Shown: in pieces, positions 9,005 to 16,608 of the stretch
Numbering within the stretch: position 1 is the stretch's first letter
Layout of the letters: each line of letters opens with the position of its first letter
IMG/VR virus record: IMGVR_UViG_3300047300_000501
Span: 10,203-74,202 of that record
Source: a virus
Strand: one strand, 5' to 3'
DNA length: 64,000 nt
Notes under the pieces: model-generated
What the model was told of the DNA's origin: nothing
The model's input: the letters and a program-made list of their open reading frames with translations, nothing else
The model's database searches: none
Program-made: the position numbers and the translations under genes

Positions 9005-10834
9005 ATGGCAACTAGAATGCAACAACGCAGAGGTACTGCACAGCAATGGACTGACGCAGACCCAATTTTGGCAGCAGGAGAAATTGGATTTGAAACAGAT
9101 ACCAACCAGTTTAAGATTGGTGATGGCGTAAATGCATGGTCAGATCTCTCCTATTTTAAGAACTTAGAAGATCTTGGCGGATCTTTAGATGACTATGTTC
9201 CAGTTAGCACAAAGGGTCAAGCAAACGGTGTAGCCGAACTTGATTCAACAGGAAACGTTCCAATGTCTCAACTTGGAAACATTATTGATGGTGCACCAGC
9301 AGCACTTGACACACTCAACGAAATCTCAACACTTCTTGGTGATGGGTCAAGCCTTGGAGCATCAGTAGTTTCATCTTTAAACGCACTTGATACAGCGCTT
9401 GCAAACCACGCAGACAATACAAGCACTGCTCATGGAATGGTGATTGCAGACCTCGCAACACATACTTATGTAGCCGATGCAATAACAACACATGCGTCAG
9501 ATACTACAGGTGTACACGGTATTGCAGATATGTCTGCACTAGCAACATCAGAGTATGTTGGTGATACAGTTGGAGCACACAACCTAGATACAACACAGGT
9601 GCACGGAATTGAAGATACAGCAGAACTTGCTACAAAAACATATGCAAATAATGCAGTGTCAACACACCAAGCAGATACAACAAATGTTCACGGTATTGCA
9701 GATACATCTGCTCTTGCACTATCTGTAGATGTAACATCTGAAATTGCAGCACACTCTGCAGATACAACAGATGTTCATGGAATTACAGATACAGCAAACC
9801 TTGTCTATACATCTGACTCACGCCTTTCAGATGAAAGAACCCCTTCTGCGGGTTCTGTAACAGCAGCAAAGATTGCAGCAGATGCAGTAGAAACAGCAAA
9901 GATTGCTGACGGTGCAGTAACAAATGCAAAACTTGCAGATGATGCAGTAGATACTTTAGAAATCAAAGATTTAGCAGTTACAAATGCTAAGTTAGCAGGA
10001 TCAATTGCACAGTCTAAGATTACTAATCTAGAGACAGACATTGCTTCAAAGCAAGACAAGGTAACTGGAGTTTCAGATACTGAGATTGGGTACCTTGATG
10101 GAGTTACATCAGCAATCCAGACACAGATCAATGGAAAGGCTTCTCTTTCTGGAGCAACCTTTACAGGTGATGTTACAGTTGAAACCAACCTTACAGTTGA
10201 TGGAAACCTTACAGTAACAGGAACAACTACAACAGTTTCTGCACAAGATCTTGTTGTGTCTGACCCACTGATCTATATCGGTGAAGGAAATACAGCAAAC
10301 CTTGTTGACCTAGGTCTTGTATCATCTTTCAACGATGGAACCTACCAGCATGCAGGTATTGCTCGTGATGCTTCTGCTGGAAAGTGGAAGATCTTTAAGG
10401 GTGTAACTGATGAACCAACAACTACAATTAACTTTACACAGGGATCACTTGATGACCTTGCAGTTGGTGCTCTTGAGGCAACAACAGTTACTCCATCTTC
10501 TGGAATAGTTTTCTCAGATGGCACACAAACAAAGGTTGGAGTTCCATCTATAACAACTTTTGCAACAGCAATTTCTTCTAGCGCAACACTTGCAACAGGA
10601 GAGCAGGATAAGTTTGTTCCACTAACTGGAGCAGTTACAATCACTCTTCCTGCAACAGGATACTCTACTGGGCAGTCAATTGACTTCTATCAGGCTTCAG
10701 GTACTGGTGCACAGTTTGCTTCAACCAACAGCGTTGTAGGCACACCAGGACTAAAGTTCAGAACTACAAACTCAGTAGTAACAGCAATGAAGACTCCAAC
10801 TGGATGGTTAGTCTTCGGAGATTTGTCAGCATAA
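9005..10834 (+). CDS. tail fibre protein with Mtd_N/hyaluronidase-type N-terminal domain
   Basis: MQQRRGTAQQWT...ILAAGEIGFETDT..FKIGDG; GAPAALDTLNEI; His repeats; AVT.AK[IL]A repeats; C-terminal WLVFGDL. Confidence 0.8.
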   Translation: MATRMQQRRGTAQQWTDADPILAAGEIGFETDTNQFKIGDGVNAWSDLSYFKNLEDLGGSLDDYVPVSTKGQANGVAELDSTGNVPMSQLGNIIDGAPAALDTLNEISTLLGDGSSLGASVVSSLNALDTALANHADNTSTAHGMVIADLATHTYVADAITTHASDTTGVHGIADMSALATSEYVGDTVGAHNLDTTQVHGIEDTAELATKTYANNAVSTHQADTTNVHGIADTSALALSVDVTSEIAAHSADTTDVHGITDTANLVYTSDSRLSDERTPSAGSVTAAKIAADAVETAKIADGAVTNAKLADDAVDTLEIKDLAVTNAKLAGSIAQSKITNLETDIASKQDKVTGVSDTEIGYLDGVTSAIQTQINGKASLSGATFTGDVTVETNLTVDGNLTVTGTTTTVSAQDLVVSDPLIYIGEGNTANLVDLGLVSSFNDGTYQHAGIARDASAGKWKIFKGVTDEPTTTINFTQGSLDDLAVGALEATTVTPSSGIVFSDGTQTKVGVPSITTFATAISSSATLATGEQDKFVPLTGAVTITLPATGYSTGQSIDFYQASGTGAQFASTNSVVGTPGLKFRTTNSVVTAMKTPTGWLVFGDLSA

Positions 10835-10857
10835 TTTAAAAACTAAAGGGGAATAAT

Positions 10858-12216
10858 ATGTCAAAACAAGCAGGTAGAATGAGCCAGGGAGCAAATGACT
10901 TCTTGGCACCGTACGCTCCAACAATTGGAACAGCAACCAACGTTCCAGCAGGAAGAGCATACAACAATGGACGGGTAGATGTAACATTTACTCCTGACCC
11001 AATCAATGCAGCAACATCATTTACTGTGACATCTTCTCCTGGAGGTTATACTGCAACTGGTGCTTCTTCTCCAATTTCAGTTACAGGTTTACAATCATCA
11101 GTGGCTTATACATTTACTGTTACAGCAACTAATGACGCAGGAACCTCAGCACCGTCTGCAGCATCAAATAGCGTTACAGCGACAACAGTCCCTGCAACAC
11201 CAACTGCACCAAGTGCTTCTTCTCCGTCAGCAGGTGTAGACTCAGTTTCATGGTCTGCACCAGCAGATGGTGGATCAGCGATTACAAATTACCACTGGGA
11301 ATCAAATGACTCAAAGTCAGGAGATACAGCATCTACATCAGTAAGCGTTGGACAGGAGCAGGGTACAGCACAGGCTTATCGTGTTTATGCAACAAATGCT
11401 AATGGTAACTCAGAATACTCTTCATACTCTGGAACAGTAACTACAACATTTTCATTTGTTCCATTTGGCGTGTTTGGTTTCTCACCATTTGGTTTCTCAC
11501 CATTTGGTTTTTCACCATTCTCATTCTCTCCATTTGGGTTCTCTCCGTTTGGGTTTTCTCCGTTCTCATTCTCACCATTTGGTTTCTCACCGTTCTCATT
11601 CTCACCATTTGGATTTTCTCCTTATGGATTCTCTACAACAACATACGGTGTAAAGTGTATTGATGCTAATACATTTATTAGAGTAAAGACTGGACTTGGT
11701 GTCGAGTCTACTGATCCAGAAACTGGCAAGGTAACTCTTAAAGATGCATCAGGACAAGTAGTTGCTAAGCAAGCAAAAGATATTCAGGTTGGAGATACAG
11801 TTCTTTCAGCAGACTATGCCGAAATTGACCCATCATCTCCAGATTACGAAGTCTTTAACTGGTCTTCTAACTCACTATCTTTTATTAATCACTCAGAAAC
11901 CACAATTACTGACATTGAAGAAACAAATAAGATTCAAACTATTTACTTCAATGGTGATCAATCAGCACAGTTTACATTAGAGCACCCAGTTCTAATTAAG
12001 AGAAATACTGCTGGAGCAATTAGTTATGGTTTTGCTATGGTTGCAGAAGTTCAGGTTGGAGATGCTATTCTAAAGTATAGCCCAACATCAAACTCATATA
12101 TTGAGACAGATATTACATCTATCGACATATCTTCTGGACAAAAGGTAGTCTATACTTTTAGCGCAGAACCAGCAGATCTTATTATTGCTGGTGACATCGT
12201 TACTCACAATAAGTAG
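10858..12216 (+). CDS. FN3-domain protein with (FSPF[G/S])x10 array and C-terminal Hint domain
   Basis: Two FN3-like units (VTGLQSSVAYTFTVTATN.AG.S; VSWSAPADGGSAITNY...YRVYATNANGNS), the repeat array, then K|C(11656)IDANTFI...TLEHP...DIVTHNK*. Confidence 0.9.
   Translation: MSKQAGRMSQGANDFLAPYAPTIGTATNVPAGRAYNNGRVDVTFTPDPINAATSFTVTSSPGGYTATGASSPISVTGLQSSVAYTFTVTATNDAGTSAPSAASNSVTATTVPATPTAPSASSPSAGVDSVSWSAPADGGSAITNYHWESNDSKSGDTASTSVSVGQEQGTAQAYRVYATNANGNSEYSSYSGTVTTTFSFVPFGVFGFSPFGFSPFGFSPFSFSPFGFSPFGFSPFSFSPFGFSPFSFSPFGFSPYGFSTTTYGVKCIDANTFIRVKTGLGVESTDPETGKVTLKDASGQVVAKQAKDIQVGDTVLSADYAEIDPSSPDYEVFNWSSNSLSFINHSETTITDIEETNKIQTIYFNGDQSAQFTLEHPVLIKRNTAGAISYGFAMVAEVQVGDAILKYSPTSNSYIETDITSIDISSGQKVVYTFSAEPADLIIAGDIVTHNK
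11479..11628 (+). repeat. 10 x 15-bp coding tandem repeat, FSP[F/Y][G/S]
   Basis: FSPFG FSPFG FSPFS FSPFG FSPFG FSPFS FSPFG FSPFS FSPFG FSPYG, with synonymous codon variation; degenerate FVPFG at 11455. Confidence 0.95.
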
Positions 12217-12221
12217 CGTGT

Positions 12222-12893
12222 ATGCGTGGGGACAGACATCCTAAGCCATCTGAATTTTGGCTAAGCACTTATGACATGTCTTTTTCAGACATTGTTAATA
12301 AAAGTAACTGCAATCGGTTATTTGTAGAGTATCAGCATGTATTAAAAAACGATGCTGTAAAAAACTCTATACTAAAGCCAGTAAATGACTACGCTTATAA
12401 TTTATATCCTGCGCCAGAGTTTCTTAAGTATGAGGATGGATATGTATATTTAAGGCAGAGAACGCATGCAGAGATATGGGTCAAACTAGATTATACTCTA
12501 GGTGTTTATTTTTTAGACAGACCACATATTAGGCAGTTTTATTGTTCAGATAAAATACTTAAAGCAGATAATACATTTTTATCTACATACAGATTTTATA
12601 ACCCATGGTTTTTTGACCTTAACAGAGAGTATGAAATAGTTGCTGTACATGATGAATTTACCCCCTTTGTAATAGAAGAGTTAGTTGTGCCAATTTTCAA
12701 CACTAATGTCACTATCCTTGAGCCAAATTTTACTCATTTTTTGTTTAAAAAGAGCGGGGACCATATGCTGGATCCAACTCATGGTAAAATTAGTATAGGA
12801 ACTCCTATGTATGACATGAAGATAAAAGTAAATGACAAGGAACTTAAGTCATTAAAAGATTTTTATTCAACATATAAGTTTCACAGATTCTAA
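12222..12893 (+). CDS. hypothetical protein, divergent relative of the two following genes
   Basis: RFYNPWFF and GKISIGTPMYDMKI echo INPMWSV and GIIEKGTPIAQVIP of 12908. Confidence 0.5.
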   Translation: MRGDRHPKPSEFWLSTYDMSFSDIVNKSNCNRLFVEYQHVLKNDAVKNSILKPVNDYAYNLYPAPEFLKYEDGYVYLRQRTHAEIWVKLDYTLGVYFLDRPHIRQFYCSDKILKADNTFLSTYRFYNPWFFDLNREYEIVAVHDEFTPFVIEELVVPIFNTNVTILEPNFTHFLFKKSGDHMLDPTHGKISIGTPMYDMKIKVNDKELKSLKDFYSTYKFHRF

Positions 12894-12907
12894 AGAAAAG
12901 GAAGAGT

Positions 12908-13627
12908 ATGCCAAACATAGAGTTTCACCCTTGGAGCGACGACGCTGAAGGTTTGATTGATAAGCCTACGCCAACACATAGAAATGTTCCAGAGTGGTAC
13001 AGAAAGCAACCAGCATACGTAAACAAAGAAGATTTTCTTAAAAAGGGTATTTCTGGTTCAACAATAAAGAAGTGTATGCCAGTCTTTGATGCTATGACAG
13101 CGGGGTATACTTTGTATTGTCCACTAGATATTTATGTAGATGCAACAGATCCAAATAAATTAGAGTATAACATCCCTATAGCCGTTGCTGGCTTTAAAAA
13201 AGAATTGTTTACCACACACTCACCAGAGCAAACTACTCACTATCCAATGCCGTCATATGTTCATAAGGATGTTCTTAGAATTAATCCAATGTGGTCAGTT
13301 AAAACATCTCCTGGCTATAGTTCATTGTTTATTAAGCCAATGCATCAAGAGCATCAGCCTTTTGAATTAGTACCAGGAATTATTGATACAGATACCTATG
13401 TTAGTGAAGGGTTCTTATCTTTTAAGATTGAGAGTAGTTTTAAAGGCATAATTGAAAAAGGAACACCTATTGCTCAAGTCATTCCATTCAAAAGAGAGAA
13501 TTGGCAAAGTCAACATATAGAATATAAAGATTCTAAAGAGGGTCAGAAAAAGCAAAGAATGCTCGTGAGAAGTAAGTTTTTTAATTATTATAAGAAAAAC
13601 TTTTGGCACAAAAAGGAATGGCATTGA
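12908..13627 (+). CDS. DUF6065-related / dUTPase-like-fold protein
   Basis: PEWYR, TIKKCMPVFDAMTAGY, W.VKTSPGYSSLF..P, PGIIDTD, KGTPIAQVIPFKRE.W. Confidence 0.55.
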   Translation: MPNIEFHPWSDDAEGLIDKPTPTHRNVPEWYRKQPAYVNKEDFLKKGISGSTIKKCMPVFDAMTAGYTLYCPLDIYVDATDPNKLEYNIPIAVAGFKKELFTTHSPEQTTHYPMPSYVHKDVLRINPMWSVKTSPGYSSLFIKPMHQEHQPFELVPGIIDTDTYVSEGFLSFKIESSFKGIIEKGTPIAQVIPFKRENWQSQHIEYKDSKEGQKKQRMLVRSKFFNYYKKNFWHKKEWH

Positions 13628-14355
13628 GTAAAAAGATAAAGTTTCATCCAACATCTTTAGAGATGTATGATAATTTTGACATACTTCATCCTGAACCAGC
13701 AATCAAACACATACCTGAATGGTATAAGGATTTAGCCCAACATTATGATACAAATAATGTAGAGTTTTTAAACCCAGTGAATGATCGTGGAACAGATGGT
13801 GCCAATGTTTCTACTAAAATGTGCTATCCATTTAGAGATGCTATGACTGCTGGGTACGTTTATCGATTAACCCAAGACATAGAGGTTACATTGAGTCCAG
13901 ATGGCAAACCAGAACTATCTTGGGAGTATGATTCCTTAATGATGCTTGACAAGAGGTATATCCTAGATATGGTTCCACCAGAGGGCTGCCACCCTGTTCA
14001 TTTTGGTCTAAGAATGCATTGGTATTATGAAACGCCACCAGGATACTCTGTTTTAATTACCCACCCAATGAATAGGTATGATCTGCCTTTTACAATTCCT
14101 TCAGGAATCATTGAGTCAGACCTGATGGGTATTCCAGTATTTCTATCATTTTTTCTAAAGAAGAATTTTATTGGTACAATCCCAAAGGGAACCCCACTAT
14201 TTCAAATAATACCTTTTAAAAGAGAAGACTGGGAGATGGAAGTAAGCCTAGACCCAGAAGAGATATTACAAAAAGAATACGACCTTGAAAATAGAAGAAC
14301 TAGATTATTTGCATACTATAAAAAGTTTGCATGGAGAAAGAAGAGTTACCTATAG
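13624..14355 (+). CDS. DUF6065-related protein, tandem paralog of 12908
   Basis: PEWYK, KMCYPFRDAMTAGY, ETPPGYSVLITHP, KGTPLFQIIPFKREDW; likely TTG start overlapping the upstream TGA. Confidence 0.55.
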   Translation: MSKKIKFHPTSLEMYDNFDILHPEPAIKHIPEWYKDLAQHYDTNNVEFLNPVNDRGTDGANVSTKMCYPFRDAMTAGYVYRLTQDIEVTLSPDGKPELSWEYDSLMMLDKRYILDMVPPEGCHPVHFGLRMHWYYETPPGYSVLITHPMNRYDLPFTIPSGIIESDLMGIPVFLSFFLKKNFIGTIPKGTPLFQIIPFKREDWEMEVSLDPEEILQKEYDLENRRTRLFAYYKKFAWRKKSYL

Positions 14356-14387
14356 TGTATAATAATAATATAGAAAAAGGAGCAAGC

Positions 14388-15011
14388 ATGAGAGAGCACA
14401 AATTCTTTGAAAGAATGCTAAATGCAGACACAGACCGTTTAGCGCATTACCTTGGTGAGCAATATCAAAAGATTGAAACACTAACTTTGCCAGGTATTCA
14501 GAAGTTAGGTCCAAATGAGGCATGGACAGAATCAGGAAGTTTATCTACAGTAAAGTGGAGAGAGTATAACGTCTTTCAATTTTTTCATCCAGATATTCAT
14601 AAACTATACAAGACAATTGGTGAAGTTGTTAGAGAGGCTTGTGAGTACTACCAGATTGATTTTGATTCACAAGAGTATATGGTTCAGGGATGGTTTAACA
14701 TTAACCATAAGAAGACTGGTAAGTTAGACTGGCACGATCATGGTGGGCCTTTTGCTCCACATTTTCATGGATTTTATTGCGTAAAGGCTGAGCCATCAAT
14801 TACTTACTATAGACTTTTTGGTGATCCAAACCGAGAGGTTGCAAATCACAATATTAATAATAGAATGATTGTTTCAGAAATGGGACACCCACATGCACAG
14901 GGTGACTGGGACTGGGATGGTCCAAGAGTGACTATTGCATATGACATTGTTCCTTTAAGATCTCTTGTCAATGTCGGCGCTTCAGAGCAGCATTGGATTC
15001 CATTATGCTAA
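14388..15011 (+). CDS. putative 2OG-Fe(II) oxygenase (HxH type, TIGR02466-like)
   Basis: GWFNIN, WHDH, FHGFYCV.AEPS.TYY, GHPH, PRVTIAYDI; SD aaggag before 14388. Confidence 0.65.
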   Translation: MREHKFFERMLNADTDRLAHYLGEQYQKIETLTLPGIQKLGPNEAWTESGSLSTVKWREYNVFQFFHPDIHKLYKTIGEVVREACEYYQIDFDSQEYMVQGWFNINHKKTGKLDWHDHGGPFAPHFHGFYCVKAEPSITYYRLFGDPNREVANHNINNRMIVSEMGHPHAQGDWDWDGPRVTIAYDIVPLRSLVNVGASEQHWIPLC

Positions 15012-15655
15012 CAGAAAAGAAACCACATAAGTTCTTTGAGCGATTTTTAGATAACGATGTAGAAGAGTTGTACGAGTATCTTGCAGATAAACAACAAGAT
15101 TTGCTTGAAGGAAAGGTTGGACAAATTCCACCAGAAGAACTAGCAAAGTACGATGAACATAATGGCGCAACAACACAATTAGGAATGCACTATAATGTTT
15201 TTGACTTTGACCATGTCGGAATCCGTAACCTTAAGGCTGCACTTGCAGATGCAGTAAAAGAAGCAAATGAGTACTACGGCGAAAACTTTGAAGAGAATGA
15301 TTATATGATTCATGGTTGGTATAACATGGATCCAAAAACACAAGGTAAAAAGGGTGTCAATCCTTTACAGAATGATGTGTTTTTTCATGACCATATGGGT
15401 GGAGAGGGTAGCCCTGTATTTCATGGGTACTACTGTGTAAATGCGGAACCATCAATCACTTACTATAAAATTGATGGTGTAACATTATTTGAAAATCATA
15501 ACAAGAATAACAGGGCTATTGTTTCAGAAACTGGTCATCCGCATGGAAGAGATGATTGGTTTGAAAATAAGCCAAGAATCACAATAGCCTACGACATAAT
15601 TCCTGCAAGAATGCTTGGAAATGTTGAGGGGCAAAATTGGCACAAACTGAAGTAA
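15005..15655 (+). CDS. putative 2OG-Fe(II) oxygenase, tandem paralog of 14388
   Basis: HKFFER.L, GWYNM, FHDH, FHGYYCVNAEPSITYY, GHPHG, PRITIAYDI. Confidence 0.65.
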   Translation: MLTEKKPHKFFERFLDNDVEELYEYLADKQQDLLEGKVGQIPPEELAKYDEHNGATTQLGMHYNVFDFDHVGIRNLKAALADAVKEANEYYGENFEENDYMIHGWYNMDPKTQGKKGVNPLQNDVFFHDHMGGEGSPVFHGYYCVNAEPSITYYKIDGVTLFENHNKNNRAIVSETGHPHGRDDWFENKPRITIAYDIIPARMLGNVEGQNWHKLK

Positions 15656-16512
15656 AACACGGTAAGATTCTTGTACATATCTACTCTTATAAAGAGAGAA
15701 ATCTTTTAGATTTTGTAGAAAGTATCATCAATAAAAGTTCTGGTATTAACGCTATTGACATATACGTAACTGATCAGAACAATCTTACAAGACTAAGACA
15801 ATTTGTTCCTTATAGCAATGTTAGGTATGACGTTGTTTGGTGGGATGAGTTTTTAAGTCCTAATATTTATATTCAAAAAACAATAAGCGAAAATGCCTAT
15901 AAGCAGTATGATTATGTATTACTATTAAAGCAACATGTTGAATTCAAGAATGGTTGGGATACAGATTTAGTTGGTCTGCTACCTGAAGATGGTGTTATTT
16001 CTGGCCAGGGCAAATTTAGACTATCTATAGATAAAAACTTTTATATCAAAAAGGATAAAAGAATATCTAGAGAACTTGTTAGTACTGGATTTATAGATAG
16101 AAACTTTATCTTTGCTAAATTTAAAGATATTAGAAATATTATATTTCCATATGAATTAAAGTACTATGGTGATGAAGAGTATCTCTCTATACAGTTTTTA
16201 AATAACGGTCTTGATATTTTTGCACTCCCAACAGATTACTACACTGTAATGTCTAAGCCAATTCATGAAAGAGGATACGTTCCATTTTCTCTAAACCATA
16301 ACTACAACGAAGTGGTCTCTTTACTTAAAGAGAACAGGACATCTAGGCTTCCATACAAAGATCCATCTAAATTCTTACAATTGATTGGTCTTGACCTAAC
16401 AAACTTACATAGGTTGCCGTTTGACTTCAATGATATTGAGTACGATAGATTTTCTAGTTTGGATAAAACTGGTGGCAAGAGATATATTGAAAGATTAAAC
16501 TCAGTATCATAA
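15637..16512 (+). CDS. GT-A glycosyltransferase, GT60 (hydroxyproline GlcNAc-transferase, Gnt1)-like
   Basis: ILVHIYSYKE (cf. IFVSIASYRD), KQHVEF..GWD (cf. DSH.RF...WD), YYGDEEYLS......G.DIFALP (cf. F.GEE.......G.D...P). Confidence 0.6.
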   Translation: MAQTEVKHGKILVHIYSYKERNLLDFVESIINKSSGINAIDIYVTDQNNLTRLRQFVPYSNVRYDVVWWDEFLSPNIYIQKTISENAYKQYDYVLLLKQHVEFKNGWDTDLVGLLPEDGVISGQGKFRLSIDKNFYIKKDKRISRELVSTGFIDRNFIFAKFKDIRNIIFPYELKYYGDEEYLSIQFLNNGLDIFALPTDYYTVMSKPIHERGYVPFSLNHNYNEVVSLLKENRTSRLPYKDPSKFLQLIGLDLTNLHRLPFDFNDIEYDRFSSLDKTGGKRYIERLNSVS

Positions 16513-16566
16513 TTTTAAAAGTATAAACCATTTATAGAGGGTAGAGTTTTGCTTTTTAGAAAACTC

Positions 16567-16575
16567 TGCTATAAT
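16567..16575 (+). promoter_or_regulatory. extended -10 promoter of RNR
   Basis: TGCTATAAT. Confidence 0.55.
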
Positions 16576-16608
16576 TAAGTCTATTCCGTTTTTGAAAGGA
16601 CGAAACAC

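Noticed and set aside
9005-10834. Diversity-generating retroelement suggested by the Mtd_N-like domain
   Set aside because: No reverse transcriptase and no template/variable repeat pair seen in the window.
11479-11628. CRISPR array or nucleoporin FG-repeat homology
   Set aside because: Contiguous in-frame 15-bp units without spacers. FG similarity is compositional only.
11656-12216. Classical mobile intein
   Set aside because: No homing endonuclease, no +1 Cys/Ser/Thr and no C-extein; the domain is terminal in both paralogs.
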